A stretch of 62,813 nt of DNA, the filler included, from Collodictyon triciliatum (Eukaryota), in assembly GCA_043381765.1 (NCBI GenBank). It is 8 parts of 8 records of this genome, joined end to end, with 100 filler letters (N's around TTAATTAATTAA, not from the genome) between each part and the next. Parts side by side here need not be neighbours in the genome. Positions count along the whole stretch, not along the records: positions 1 to 7,082 come from JBHJMP010000370.1; positions 7,183 to 21,265 come from JBHJMP010000372.1; 6 more parts are not named here. One strand, written 5' to 3'. The position numbers and the translations under genes were made by a program. Positions 1 to 14,102 of this stretch are shown here, piece by piece. The notes under the pieces were generated by a model that was not told the origin of the DNA, did not search any database, and saw nothing but the letters and a program-made list of their open reading frames with translations. Each line of letters begins with the position of its first letter. Position 1 is the first letter of the stretch.

Positions 1-75
1 CTTTTTCTCTCTCTTTTTTTCTCTCTCTTTTTTCTCTCTCTCTCTTTTTTTTTTTTTTTTTTTTTTTTTTTCTCT

Positions 76-133
<58 letters not shown>

Positions 134-136
134 TAG

Positions 137-3100
137 CCGATGAACTATGACGAGATATTTGTCAGCGTTGTCGTATCTGAATTCTTATTACTAGGCCGAG
201 ACATCCTCTGTATATTCGGGATTGTATGTTTTTTTTAGTTTTCTGTTTTCTGTTCTCTGCATTCTGCTTCTCTCTTCACTTATATAACTAGTAGAGCGTG
301 CTTTTAGCTCCGTCTGATGCTTCTCTCCCCTTGGAATCTTGTGCCACTGACAATCAAATTATTTGAGGTTTGAATCACGGCAATATTATGAAGTACAGAC
401 AATAGATGGCAGACGACATTACTATTTAAGGAAATCAGGGACTAAAAACATTTCTTTCAGAAAATAACCAAATAATGCTTTTTAACTCAACTTCTAGAGT
501 AAAGAACATGCGACCCAAAGACAACTGAAAGAACAAATGACCTTACTTCAAACCCTGGACTCTCATATGACAGTAAACAGAAATAACACTATGCTCAATT
601 CTTTTCCTAATATGCCCATTTGGGAATGTGTATTGTTATCATTCTTTGAATGACTATTTATTTCAAAACTGCAGTACGTTCAGAATATGAAAGATGATTA
701 TCTTGAGAAATCCTTGAGCAGCAGGGTGAAATCTGGTATTTTAAGTCCTTTATTTTCTATAATTTTTTAGATTCTTTCTGATAAATTTATGACTGATATA
801 TACTCTGTGATGCGTTTATGAAAATCACAATAAAGCAATCAAGCACTCGCTGGCATCTATGGCTGACCCCGAAGACCCTCATTTTCAAGAAAAGGAAGAG
901 AGAAAAGAAGAAGTAATTTAGAAACTTAACCACATATACATAACATTAATTGAACTCGTCAGACAATTAACCCGGCTGAAACCATAGGTATTTAAAAAGA
1001 TTTATACGCTCGATGAAGGAGAGGTTTCAAATTCGATTAAAAGATATTCCGCTCTCGATAAAATCTTGGATGAACAAAGAGACGCCTTGCTCGATTTTTA
1101 CAAACAAGTTAGTAATACACACCCGAACAGTCTGCTATCACGTTCTCTTCGCTCTCCTCCTCCTTTTTTTTTTCTTTTTTTTTTTAATAAGTATTATTTC
1201 AACTGATATTGGCTCACTTATGTCCTTAAATTTTGGGGGAAATGATAGGTTAACTTTGCCCATCTCCCACTTCCGAATGCAGAAAAAAACGAAAAGGGAC
1301 AGCTAGTGGAAGCAGACCTTGCATCCTCAAGAAAGGAATGGGACCTGCTTCATCGAAAATTGATGGATACGAAGGTTTCCCATTATTTGCTCTATATCTC
1401 TAAATAAATGACCTCGACAGAGTTGCAGCGTAGCCTTAATAATGAATGAGAAGGTTATATCTTAACATTGTTCCGTTTGGTGCTACACCAAACCTTATCT
1501 TAGATTGACGTCCCTAACTTCTTCCGAGGTGCGGGTTGGGGTAATAGAAATTGGTCTGATAAGACAGTAATAAGTAAGACCCTGTTATCATGCTTCCATT
1601 TGGAAATATTCTTGTAATTTATTTGTCAATATTAGTTTTTGGAGTACTGAAGAAATCCACGATGGACGCTATTGCCGGGATTTGCACAGTTTTTGTTGTC
1701 TTGACGATTGTGAGAATCATTCCCTTAGTTCGCAGCATCAAGAAGGCGAGTTTTAATTCGAAATCATAAATATTGAAAATGGAAGCTAGACATTTATGAA
1801 ATGTAATAAAATCACCATCTAACCGACCAATTGGAATAAATTTTTCAGAGAGGAGCTGATTGGCATAAAGCTTGCTTCAGACAATTGAAGGAGTTACTGA
1901 TTGATTTTATATATCTTCTAATGTTTGTCGTTGTTATTTGTCTGGTTCGACATTCCGTTGCATTGATAGCTGAATGTTTATCAGTAAGTCTATGGACATT
2001 AATGAGTACCTTTTTTTTTCCTTTATTCGATTCAAAGGACATTAATGAGTACCTTGATATATTGGTTTATTTATTTTGGAATTTTCTCAATTTTTTTTAT
2101 TTGGTTTCCATTTTTTTGTTTAATTATACATTTATCTTTAAAATGGAATTGCCCAGGCCATCTACGTTGAAAGGAGCATTACAGTTGTTCGAGAAAAGAT
2201 CGACCAACGATTCCGTCAAACCAGAGAGGATTTTCTATATCTTCTCTCCTTCATTACGCTCGCAAGAACATATCTATACATATTGGTAAACGAACTCATA
2301 TCTTATTACCAGTATGTTATGTGGAAAAAGAATCTTCCATGGTTCTTACTCCCTGAACTACTACAATAACCACTATTCATTGTGGTGCTATATTCCCTCT
2401 ACACGAAAAACATAAGCACGTTTCATTATGCCAGGCCATCTCTGTATGGGGGTTATTGGGTCCTGCTGACTCCATAGCCCAGATGATGAGAGACGTGGGA
2501 TTTGGGAGCTGCACACGAAAGACTTTCTCGGTCATGTTCTGGCTTTTCTTGATAATCTTCCCATTTATCATGGTATTTCAATACGACATGAGTGAGGTAT
2601 ATCGACCCATTTCCATGATTTAAATCAATTATGCATAACTACTATGTAGATTGATTATCATGGCCTTGATATGCGGCTGCTCTCTCATTGTATACGTGGA
2701 AAAAACCAAGAACCGCGCTCACTCTTTTTTTTCCATGCAAAAAAAAAAAATGATTATCGCTATTAGAGTGCTGACGAAGCGGAAAAGCTTTTAGCAATCT
2801 ACTTCAGCCTTCTCTTTTTGATTGGCATAATTACCGCGGTTTATTCGATGAAAGTTGGAAAGAACCTAGACAAAGTTCAAAATGCGGTTGAAATTCACTG
2901 GAATGCTGCGAACGCTGGGGCCAGTAATCATTTAACAGATTGGTTCACTTTTTTTTTAAAAAAAAAAAACAAACAAAAACAACAACAGAATAATGATTTT
3001 ATAAAATCAGAAAATTCATATATATATCCTACAACCATTCAAACAATGTAGTCTTCCAGTTGCTTGTAGAGATCTACCAGAATATATCCTTTGTTCTAAG

Positions 3101-4636
3101 CTCAAATACTGATGACGATAATGTAGAAAAGTATGACTCTCTTGCTCAATCCAAGCATTTACCATTCACCTCACCAGTTTACCCGATGCTGTCTTAACTG
3201 ATACGTATTCCTTCTGTTTTCGTTTCCTTCTTCTCAATAAGGTCATCATCTTTTGCTTTCTTGACATTCGATGGGGATGAAGCTTGGCAGGTAAAATAAA
3301 TAATTGACCCAATATCTATCTTGGTTCCTGATGTATTTTGAAGATGCACTTACCCTGAGAACTCTTTACTAGATACCATTCTGGTTTACTTTTGGACTGT
3401 TTAGCGTCTGGTTTTTCCTGTCCAGTGCACCTGTTGTGATCGAGGAATTGTTGAAATTCAGGAGTCGAGGATACTTTGAAGAGAACGGACTTTGGAATGC
3501 CTGCATGCTTCACCTCAGCACCACATTTATGGTAACTCATGCATCTTGTTTTGTTATCTCAGATGCATAAAAGAATAATATCATGTATTCATACCAATCT
3601 TGAAATGAAGATAAAATTGCTCATCAAATTAAAACTGTGGCCCTCTAGTTGACAATAATTGTGAACTTTATGAAAGTACTCGATTGCGTCGAAATAGACG
3701 GTGTTCTAGTATTGAGTGACTATCCCGAGATTGAATGCTACGCAAGTGATTCGGGTCACAGGTTTCACTACCTGCTTACACTTTTTTCTTTAGATGTTAC
3801 TGTCTCTTATTGCTCGGCAACTTTATTTGTTCACTGCATCTTTACGACTGCAGGACGGTCGCTCTTCTGGCGTTGTTAGGCCTTGCTTACTATACTACCA
3901 CGGCTTGTATGACCGGGGTTCAGTATATACTGCAAATGTCCAAGGTTAGTTTGTCCCATTAAAATTTCCCCCAATCATACAAATAATAACAATAATAATA
4001 TTAATAACAGTGATAGTGATAGTAATAGTAATAGTAATAGTAATAGTAATAGTAATAGTAATAGTAATAGTAATAGTAATAGTAATAGTAATAGTAATAG
4101 TAATAGTAATNNNNNNNNNNNNNNNNNNNNNNNNNNNNNNNNNNNNNNNNNNNNNNNNNNNNNNNNNNNNNNNNNNNNNNNNNNNNNNNNNNNNNNNNNN
4201 NNNNNNNNNNAATGTGTATATTACAATATAAAAATTCTTATTGTTTTGAAATGTAGAACAAGGAGAGGCAGCAACAAATTGATATTGTTTTTACTGTGTT
4301 TTACTCGACAATCATCATTCTGTACAAGCTTCTGGTTAGGTGAATATCATCACACACAGTTATCAAACTATCAGCATAAAATATATCGCTAATTTTATGT
4401 GTGAATTGCAGCTCCATCCAAGTGTTTTCCAACGACAAAAGTAGAGACTTTGCCTTTTACATCGCCTTGAACACCTTTATGGCGTTGTTTGGTCTATTGT
4501 ACAAGAAGTTTACTGGCTCAAATATGGCTTCCATACTTACTGCGGGTAACGAAAAATATTTTAAATGCATTTGAGGCAATTATTATCATATCAAACTATC
4601 TCGTAGAAGCTTGTATTTCTCTAAATTAATCACCCA

Positions 4637-4728
<92 letters not shown>

Positions 4729-6821
4729 AAAAGGCGGACTTAGAACTGGAGGGTTTGTGATGGCCGCGTACACCGCTATCGTATCGTTGGTGATTGACTC
4801 ATCTGAAAATAAGTACAATTTATTCTATCTATTTTTTTCTTCTTCGCACATCCTAGTACAACTCATTATGCGATGATGAAAGTTTTCACCTCATGATATT
4901 TCCTTTGCCGATTAGGTATTAATTACATTCTAATTCATGAAAACTTCTTGTCATAAAGCACTTCATATTGGATTTCTTTAGTCGTGGGTTGGGGAATAAT
5001 TATGATTCTGTCAGGCACCTATGGATATGCTTTGTCTGTTGCTCGTGATCGAAGTGCTGGATTCGTTCGAGTTCCCAGAGCAGAATTGAAGAAAAGTATG
5101 ATCTATCTTCAAAAAAATCAAAGAAAAAGACACATAAAAACTAAGCAATAAATCAAGCATGTTACAACCAGATAACATTTTGGTAATTGAAAAAATCCGT
5201 AGTATTGGTTGCTTTTAAGGCATTAGCAGAATCTGTTCCTGACGAGGCGATGTTATTTTCTTGGGCTGATGATAAAAAGGCATGGATTCGAAAACTTTCC
5301 ACCTTTCAGAAGCCGCCTCATCCACTCTGCCAACGTGTAATACTGATAGACAAAAACCTCTTCTTTTTTTTTTTTTTTTTTTTTTCTTTTTAAATTTTTT
5401 TTTTTTGAAAATTTTTTTTTTTTTTTTTTGGGGTAAATTGTTCAATTTTTTTNNNNNNNNNNNNNNNNNNNNNNNNNNNNNNNNNNNNNNNNNNNNNNNN
5501 NNNNNNNNNNNNNNNNNNNNNNNNNNNNNNNNNNNNNNNNNNNNNNNNNNNNTTTTTTTTTTTTTAAAAGAAAATTTAAACATTTTTCCCACTTTTATTT
5601 TTTTTTTTCCCCCCCCTCTTCTTTTTTTTTTTTTTTTTTTTTTACATTCTAGATACATTTTGTAGGAGAATTTTCATAATTCATCTTTGGGTAAATATGT
5701 GAAATCATTTTGGTTTAATATAAGATTTTTACAATTGAATAAGTGCAACCGTCTGACCGGACTGGCCGACCATTTAATTGATTTCGAGCAAAACGTCAAG
5801 TGGCACTACCTGAAGCCCGAGTTTTTCAAAATACTACCAAACTGGATTTCAAAGACCAAAGGGTATGCCACATTCCAATTGCTTAGTCCATCGTGTATGC
5901 ATTATGTGCTCAAAATGAGTAAATTGCTTTATCATTTATTTCGGATTCGTTTAGTTCGTCAAACCTAGTTCATCTTGCACAATCACTTCAAATCCTATCG
6001 AATGGGATATCGAATAGCAAGCCGATTCAAGCGCCGTCATTAGCCACAAATATGGATTATGCGCCGATGGCTGCCCAAATTGAAGGTAATGCTTGATTTT
6101 ATTATCATTATTGCTGACGTTCTATTCCTATCCATCAGCACCTTTTCCTGATTATTTATTTTAATACATTGTCACATATCCACCATCCCGCACAAAATTA
6201 AAAGGAAGAATAAAAAAAAAATACATTGTCACATATAATTCATTCTTTGTGAAAAATTTAAACAGCACGCTATGTTAAAATGAACCTTTCACTGAATTCG
6301 TTCAGATAATACTTGCAAGCGATTCGCTTAAAAAAGAAAATGAGTTATCCAATAGTAAGTGTTTTGCTTAATGGTTGACTGATTGTCGGTCTTCTTTTCT
6401 TTCTTTTTTTTATTTTATATTAATAGAGGCGATCCAAGAAGACGTCCACGCCCAAGGTAGTCATTACCAAAGTCAAGCCCAAGGCATCCATTCCAGTGCT
6501 GTCTTACTTTCGATTGAGTCACAACACAACATATCGAGCCTTAGCATGGACCAGATTATGGACAAGTTGATTGAATATGGAGTTTCCCGCAACGTCATTT
6601 CTACCATTCTAGAGTACAATATTCCAAGTATGCGACTGATTGAACTAATTTCACTCCTCTAAGCAAAAGCATGTTTTCTTATCCATTCATGTAGGCGATA
6701 TAATATTAATACTTTTAAAACAGAATCTGAACTTGTGTCCATGACTTTGGAATCGTGCAACGGCTTGTTTGGAAGTGACGGACAACTGCTTTACGAGGTC
6801 CTTCATGCATACTTCAATTAG
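137..6821 (+). CDS. Multi-exon multi-pass membrane protein with putative C-terminal SAM-like domain (5' partial)
   Basis: About 25 short exons with mostly GT-AG boundaries give many hydrophobic segments (e.g. IAGICTVFVVLTIVRIIPLV, LLIDFIYLLMFVVVICLV), an extracellular loop FMKVLDCVEIDGVLVLSDYPEIECY and the tail SMDQIMDKLIEYGVSRNVISTILEYNIPKSELVSMTLESCNGLFGSDGQLLYEVLHAYFN* (TAG 6819-6821). A few exon junctions are unresolved. Confidence 0.7.
4009..4110. repeat. (AGTAAT)n intronic microsatellite running into an N gap
   Basis: Directly visible tandem hexamer. Confidence 0.95.
4637..4726. repeat. (ATT)n intronic microsatellite
   Basis: Directly visible. Confidence 0.95.
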
Positions 6822-6986
6822 CTGATACTTCCTTAGCTCACCCAATCCATGTCTCCCTTTTTAAAAATAACAAAAATTGAGAAGCACGGGTCGTCTGGAA
6901 ATCTTATTACTTGGATGAGTTCATAACTTAATCCTTGAACTCTCAAGGAAATTAGATGGGCGCTAATAAAGCATAATGAATGGACC

Positions 6987-6987
6987 A

Positions 6988-7082
<95 letters not shown>
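6987..7082. repeat. (GAAA)n microsatellite at scaffold end
   Basis: Directly visible. Confidence 0.95.
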
Positions 7083-7182
7083 NNNNNNNNNNNNNNNNNN
7101 NNNNNNNNNNNNNNNNNNNNNNNNNNTTAATTAATTAANNNNNNNNNNNNNNNNNNNNNNNNNNNNNNNNNNNNNNNNNNNN
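7083..7182. other. Artificial scaffold linker (N44-TTAATTAATTAA-N44)
   Basis: Palindromic six-frame stop cassette between N runs, identical at seven sites. Confidence 0.97.
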
Positions 7183-7289
7183 AATGACGGGCACAATCTC
7201 CCTTCCGCCCCACATTCGCGACATGCGCGGCATCCTCTCCGAGATTCAACCGCAGGAGGAGCTCAACACGTCTTTCTAAGACGCCTTGC
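7183..7289 (+). repeat. 107-bp exact direct repeat, copy 1 (3' end of a coding exon, stop TAA 7277-7279)
   Basis: Identical to 14006-14112; the copies diverge immediately after gacgccttgc. Confidence 0.92.
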
Positions 7290-7589
7290 GTCCATTGAAG
7301 TCGCCAGTAAAAAAAAAAGGAAAGAGAAAAAAAAATATGACACAGGAACAAAGTAAGGATGAGCCCATTCACTGCAAACATTTAGAGATACGGGCACGCT
7401 CCTTTGCCTCTTGGTTTATTCACAAAACTATGTACTGGAAGACACTTCATCATTCTGCGTGCAATATCCGAATTAGTTAGTGCTAGCCTCCACACGGAGA
7501 TACAAACAGGTACGAATATGCAAGGACTCTCGACGACCACGATGTGAAGCGCCGAACAGCGTCTCCCTCAAAAAGCCAATATCCGGTTC

Positions 7590-10500
7590 TCAGCTTGGCA
7601 AGCCCGAGTTGCCGGGTCTGGACAGGCTGGCTCGTCGGACGGGCTGCGTAGCAGATGCTGGGCGGCGAGGCTTTGAAGGAAGCGGGTCGACCAGGGCGAG
7701 TTCCATGCGCATTTGGGCCGGAAGGCGCGTCGGTGCGTCTGCCGTGGAGGTGATGACGAACGAAAGAGGAAAGGGATGGTTTCTTTTTGTGAGGGATGAT
7801 GATGGAAAGAATTGGAAAGAGGAGGTTTTTTTTCCTTTTTTTTTTTTTTGTAAGATGGGCGTATCACGCACTTGTGTCCTCGAACCGGCGCGACAAAGGG
7901 ATTGGGGCTTGCAGAAACTGGTTGATGTGGTTCATGGCGAGTCTGGATGCGTGGCTGGATTTCCCGCCTGGATTGTTAACGCGGTGGTCAGCTGTGCGGG
8001 GAAGGTGGGTCGGTGTGGACTTTTTGGCCTTATTACCCGTTGTTGGCGTGAGGGATGTGGAGAGGCGAAGCGGCCTTGGATTGTAGCGTTTCTTGGGGAA
8101 CTGCTTCCCCTGGGTGCCGTTCGACTCCGGCTTTTGTTTCGGCTGTTGGACCTCAAAGAACTTGGCAAACAGGCCACGGATTTCTTGGCGTCCGATTATA
8201 GGAGAGTCATTTAGTTCGCGGTGTGTTGGTTACGATAACAATAAAATAAATATGAAAAAAAAATTCATATTACATATTCGCATCATTTCTTATTGGTTGC
8301 TGTCGCTCTCAACCTCTGGCATTACTTTCATGTCCATGTTGTGTCTATGTCTATGTCTATGTCTATGCCTATGTCTATGTCCATGTCTATGTCTATGTCT
8401 ATGTCTATGTCTATGTCTATGTCTATGTCTATGTCTATGTCTATGTCTATGTCTATGTCTATGTCTATGTCTATGTCTATGTCTATGTCTGTGCGTGCAT
8501 GTGCTTTTGAATCCCACTACCATGAAATACATTAAGGGTATTACCTTTCTCAACTTTGATTCGGTGCTGGTAGAATGATATATACTCTTCTCTCTCTTGG
8601 AGAACTTCTCTGGGAATTTCCCTGGAAAAGAGTCTTTGATGGAAGATGTATGTGATTATGTGAATATGTGATTATGCGAATATGTGAATGTGTGAACATG
8701 TGAATAAAATTTATTTTTTGGTATATTGGGATGCCTTAGCGACAAAACCCTTCAAGTTATTGTGTCATACTCACTGTGCGTCAGAACTTGTCCGGTATAT
8801 GCAAGCAAATAAATAATCGACCTCCTTTTCAGAAAGTGGAGTGGCCTCTGACTCATGAAATATTTTCTGGATGACTATTGTCCATAAAGAAAGAAATAAA
8901 GAAAACAAAAGCGACGCAACATACAATTTTGTACATTATTTATTCATGAGTTGACAATAATCTGCTTATCTCAATCTTAATTTCATTAGCAGATTTACAA
9001 ACCTTGATGCCTGTCATCATTTGTGCCATGGTGGTAGAATTCTAGAAAATCCATATATTCTTCAAACTGAAGCCGTCCGTTTCCATCTGTGTCGAAACAT
9101 TGAAGAATCAACGCAGAAATTTTGCTGCTTTCAGTCTTGAGGTGGCACATGTTATCAAGAACCTCACTAAAACCCTAAAATACGATAATGATTTTATAAA
9201 AAAAAGTACTGAACATTATTTTAGTTTGTCTCAATTTAATTTGAGCATATTGCACTTTTCAGTTCAACAGCCATCCCTTAAATACTTATCCTTTTTTCTC
9301 ATGATTTCACATCATGTATGCACTTTTATTTTTTGTTTGTTTGTTTTTGTATGTTTTTTTTGTATGTTTTTTTTGTATGTTTTTTTGTATGTTTTTTTTG
9401 TATGTTTTTTTTGTATGTTTTTTTTGTATGTTTTTTTGTATGTTTTTTTGTATGTTTTTTTGTATGTTTTTTTGTTTGTTTTTTTTTTTGTTTTTTTTTN
9501 NNNNNNNNNNNNNNNNNNNNNNNNNNNNNNNNNNNNNNNNNNNNNNNNNNNNNNNNNNNNNNNNNNNNNNNNNNNNNNNNNNNNNNNNNNNNNNNNNNNT
9601 TTTTGTTTTTTGTTTTTTGTTTTTTGTTTTTTTGTTTTTTGTTTTTTTGTTTTTTGTTTTTTTGTTTTTTGTTTTTTGTTTTTTGTTTTTTGTTTGGTTA
9701 TTAATAATGAGCGGGAATCTTGTGTATTATTTACCATCAAATCAAGAGAACTTGTCGATCTACTGAACGTGCGGAAAAGGTCGATGAGAACCTGAAGCTC
9801 CTGTATTCCGACTAAGAGCATGTTGTCAAGTTACTAATGTCGCAAAATATTCGCAAATATTGCACATAATGCTCTCATTTTGCTTAGAATTATGGTAATA
9901 TCAATAATAATAAATTATTTCAAAAAATAAAATCATAAAACATCACAGCATAAAAATATATGCACATATCATTAAGTTACATCGTGTGCCAACTGCTTTC
10001 TTGAAGTTGATGAGGTTAAAAGTTGGAACGCGCACAGTCTTAACCTCAGTGAACTCGTTTGGAACATATAATGCCGATTGCTTCGGAAGATACTTTTTCC
10101 GTGGATCCAGCCGCGGAGGAATAGTATGGAGTCCGGAAATCTGATTTGGTGGTCCTCCTCTTTCTATTGGTTAAAATTTTCGATGCAGTATATTATTTTG
10201 TATCGCAGGGGAAACCCAATTAAAAGTAGGTGTACTAGATGTAAGCACGTTTTAACAAACACAAATACAATTATATCTTGGAGAATTGAATATTTTTTTT
10301 GATGATAAGTCTGTTATAGTTCAAATAACAAACGTAATGATATGCTGGGGCGATGTCGCATTCTTATATCGGATATCTGTATCTAAATCGTCCATTATAC
10401 ACGGCAGTATTTATTCCATTAACGTGAGCCATCAATATCACTCATAGAGGCATACTAAGAAAAAAATAATGAAACTTTTGTAAACCTGAGAGCTCTGTCT

Positions 10501-13500
10501 TCGATGTGAGGTATTTTCAATGTCTATCTTTTCCTGACCGATCGAAGTGTCATTGTGAACCTTTTGAAAGAAAGAAAAAAGCAGTAATGTGAGTAAAATA
10601 GTCAAAGAATAAAAGAACATTGACTAGAGCGACGAAGAAAACGAAGAATTTTGAATAATAGAAAATTGTATGCGATTCGGTGACACAAAAATGAGTCATT
10701 AAACTTCAGCTCTCACCACAGTTGCAATTAGCTGGCTATATGGGCTTGGAGGAGAGAGCTTCTGGCTAATATGATTATCAGAGGAAGATTTTGGCAGAAC
10801 CGAGGGGTCTTTAGTCTTGTTTAAAACAGGCTCTGGTTCTCTTTTCGACATGGGTGAATCTTGGCTAGTGTTCGCTATCCCATCTGATGATTCACTGGTG
10901 GATGCAAAGTAAATGTTTTTTGGATTTAATTGTGGTCGCTTCGGTGCAAGTTGATGATTCGGTTTAGAACTCAGAGCGTGCTTCTTTCTAGACAGCTGAA
11001 GTGCCTCAAAATACGGAATATCAGGTCGAATGTTGGCTGGAAAATAAGGCATTGTCTTAGGTATCACTGATTATACACCTTACAAAGGTTTAAATAGTGT
11101 ATACTGAATTCAGTACAAACAAAGTAAAAAAATAAAAGTATAGAAGAAAAGGAAAAGAACTCAAGGGAAATATGGTATAAAATGAATCATTCGTACGGTC
11201 GTTCAAAGTGGGGTAAATCTTGCTTTGAGTAGATTCTTCACCTTTCAAGGTTTTTTGTTGTCTGTAAAAAGAAAAAAATCAATGTACAAGTGAATACTCA
11301 TTAAAATTGATACATGTGATGAACGAAAGGAGCACATGTGTTTTGGTAATAACCCATTCGAAAACGGATAAAATGAATATCAAATAGTTCCAAAATATAT
11401 GGATTGCCTGTGCGCGCTTGGTTCCCTCCAATCCGGCCCCAACACATTATTTCCATGCCTACTTGAATTGGTTGTGCCTTCTGAGGTCGGTTCATGCTTG
11501 ACCAAACCCTGTGATATCTTTTCGCCCATTTTTGGGTGATTTGGTTTTGTATTGTCTGGCTCTGGCGGTTCAATAATCTGGTACTTCGCATCAAAATCAG
11601 TCTCATTGAGGAACGTGACATCACTGGGCACTCCCTCCAACTGAAAAGTGATGCGCTCAGGTCCTTTTCCTTCCGTGTGATTAGGTGTTTGTATTTTAGA
11701 GTCTGGTTTATCCTGTGCATAGGTTAGTTTTTCTGGTGATGTGATGATTGCTTGCGCCTCCATTACGGCTGCAATATTCAAGTCACTAAGTCGCTCTTGG
11801 AGTTTTTGTATTCGCGAGGATATATAGGTCTGCTCGAAACTCTGTGTCTCTGGTTTGAGAGGTGATTCTGGGTTCATGGTGAGGTGTGTTTCTAGCCTGC
11901 GAAGTCTTTGTAGGATGTTTTGACGTGTTTTCTTGTGAGTCGTTCCTTGCTGGTTGTTGCTGCCATCCAGTATCCTGTGATCCGATTTGCTGGCCTTTGA
12001 ATGTGTCTCCTCCAAAACAAAATGATTTTCTTTTAGCAGATCTTTTGCATGTGTCTCAGTTGGTCTAGTCCCCTCCTGAGTGCACGGGGCGGCTGTCTCG
12101 AGTGCTGCGTGCGTTATTTCTTGCGTTTCGTGGAGCAAGAGCGATTGTCTTCGGCTTCTTGCCTCTGGTTTTGCCATCTTCGAAGGATATGCTGCAAGTG
12201 GCTCGATTGAAGGCTCTTTAACAAGTTGGGTTGTGACGTCGGCGTGTGCTTCTGAATATATGGGAGAAAAGCACTCTAATGAGGATGAAACGTGGCGGCT
12301 GTCCTGCGGTACTTGTGGAAGATGAAGTTTGAACGAAGTGTGCGCCACAGGCGTGCTTGGATTGTGTGCGGAGGATTCGTATGCGTCAGTCGACTCTGTC
12401 TCCTCAAGATCCTGGTAATGCAGCGCAGCATCCGCCTGCGTAGATGATTTTGAGGCTGCATTACCTGATGATGCAGGCAGCTGCGGCCTTGGCGAGGAGC
12501 TCCCGTCAATCCAGCTGCTGTGTCTGTGTTGGTGTTGTGCATCGATATGAAAAGGTCCACACGGAAAGTATACCCAGCGATGCAACATTTTATAATGATA
12601 ATGATAATGATAATGATAATAGTAATAATAATGATAATGATAATGATAATAGTAATANNNNNNNNNNNNNNNNNNNNNNNNNNNNNNNNNNNNNNNNNNN
12701 NNNNNNNNNNNNNNNNNNNNNNNNNNNNNNNNNNNNNNNNNNNNNNNNNNNNNNNNNNNNNNNNNNNNNNNNNNNNNNNNNNNNNNNNNNNNNNNNNNNN
12801 NNNNNNNNNNNNNNNNNNNNNNNNNNNNNNNNNNNNNNNNNNNNNNNNNNNNNNNNNNNNNNNNNNNNNNNNNNNNNNNNNNNNNNNNNNNNNNNNNNNN
12901 NNNNNNNNNNNNNNNNNNNNNNNNNNNNNNNNNNNNNNNNNNNNNNNNNNNNNNNNNNNNNNNNNNNNNNNNNNNNNNNNNNNNNNNNNNNNNNNNNNNN
13001 NNNNNNNNNNNNNNNNNNNNNNNNTAATAATAATAGTAATAGTAATAGTAATAGTAATAGTAATAGTAATAGTAATAGTAATAGTAATAGTAATAGTAAT
13101 AGTAATAGTAATAATAATAAAAAATTTTCCTTTATTTGATTCAAATAATAATAAATTAATAGATCAGAAGAGCTTTAATAACAGGGAGGAAAATAAGAAA
13201 AGAGAAAAATCTATGTGGGAGGTCATGGCTACACCTGAGTGAAAGATCAATAGTTGAACATATAGTGGGCACTCACGGGTCACTAACACCAAAGCGAGAT
13301 TGGCTGCGTGACATGGCACTAAACCCGGCGTGTCTGTTTCACAAAAGCCGATCAGTCTACCTACCACAATTCCCATCAGTTTTAGAGTGTTTGGCACACC
13401 CGTAACACAAGTCTCTAATTGCAAGACTGTTGTTACCCTTCCAACTCTAGCTCTCTGTGTTTGTTCCCAATGTTCTTTTCTTGAAAGAAAAAACGAAAAA

Positions 13501-13732
13501 TAAATATTAAAAAAAAACTATATAAAAATGAACGAAAATGAAGTACTCAGAGAAAAGAAATGGTGGGATAACGGATTTGGTTATCGATTTGCCTGCAAAT
13601 ATATTATTGTATAAAGTAGAAGGGGTATACCAATCGAAAGATTGGTAAACTTCATCCACTAGTATCCAAGGTCTCACCACTTTTTTCACTATGGCCGTGT
13701 AGTGGTGAAGGTTGTCAGGAGAGAGCCACAGC
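7590..13732 (-). CDS. Multi-exon EF-hand-containing protein with long disordered central region (5' end uncertain)
   Basis: The 3' exons splice in frame (..SSDAQ/EIPREVLQ..VEK/EIRGLF..; TGA at 7590-7592). There is a canonical EF loop DTDGNGRLQFEE at about 9058-9093 and large exons within ORFs 10699-11067 and 11380-12588. Two upstream exons (13732-13547 and about 13480-13276) lie beyond an N gap. The gene may alternatively start at ATG 12588. Confidence 0.6.
8343..8490. repeat. (ATGTCT)n intronic microsatellite
   Basis: Directly visible. Confidence 0.95.
12592..13118. repeat. (AATGAT)/(AATAGT)n microsatellite spanning an N gap
   Basis: Visible on both sides of the gap. Confidence 0.85.
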
Positions 13733-13913
13733 CTGTTTTTTAGAGGAAGGTGTATGCATGTTTTGAAGAGAGAAGAAGAAAAAAAATGAAGAAAAAATGA
13801 AAAAAAGACAAAACTCTCGTCAATGAACCGTTCCCAAAAAAGAAAAAGAAAAACACCCCCTTTTTAAATAATAAACATTACTTATGTAATGGTTGTATCC
13901 AACGACATTACAG

Positions 13914-14102
13914 GTGGCAAAGAACGAGTCCGAAGCCAAACTACTGAGGGACGAAGATGCAAAGCGCGAGATAAGCAAGAAGCGGATGCTGGCTGCTCTT
14001 CACGCAATGACGGGCACAATCTCCCTTCCGCCCCACATTCGCGACATGCGCGGCATCCTCTCCGAGATTCAACCGCAGGAGGAGCTCAACACGTCTTTCT
14101 AA
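13914..14102 (+). CDS. Orphan terminal exon of an unknown gene (VAKNESEAKLL...QEELNTSF*), containing repeat copy 2 (14006-14112)
   Basis: Acceptor ttacag|GTG and an open GC-rich frame to TAA 14100-14102. No convincing upstream exons or start codon were found. Confidence 0.45.
   Translation: MAKNESEAKLLRDEDAKREISKKRMLAALHAMTGTISLPPHIRDMRGILSEIQPQEELNTSF

Noticed and set aside
5220-5334. MLFSWADDKKAWIRKL as the start of a TIR domain
   Set aside because: The downstream exons lack the TIR beta-alpha pattern and look like a repeated helical motif instead.
7127-7138. Recurrent TTAATTAATTAA palindrome as a biological element (recombination or excision site)
   Set aside because: It is always embedded in exactly 44+44 N and gives stops in all six frames, so it is an assembly spacer.
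7480-8214. 244-aa plus-strand ORF
   Set aside because: It is the antisense shadow of the last exons of the EF-hand gene and starts at GTG.
13620-13752. Plus-strand exon that could splice in frame to the orphan exon at 13914
   Set aside because: It overlaps a better-supported minus-strand exon pair, and no in-frame upstream start was found. It remains possible.
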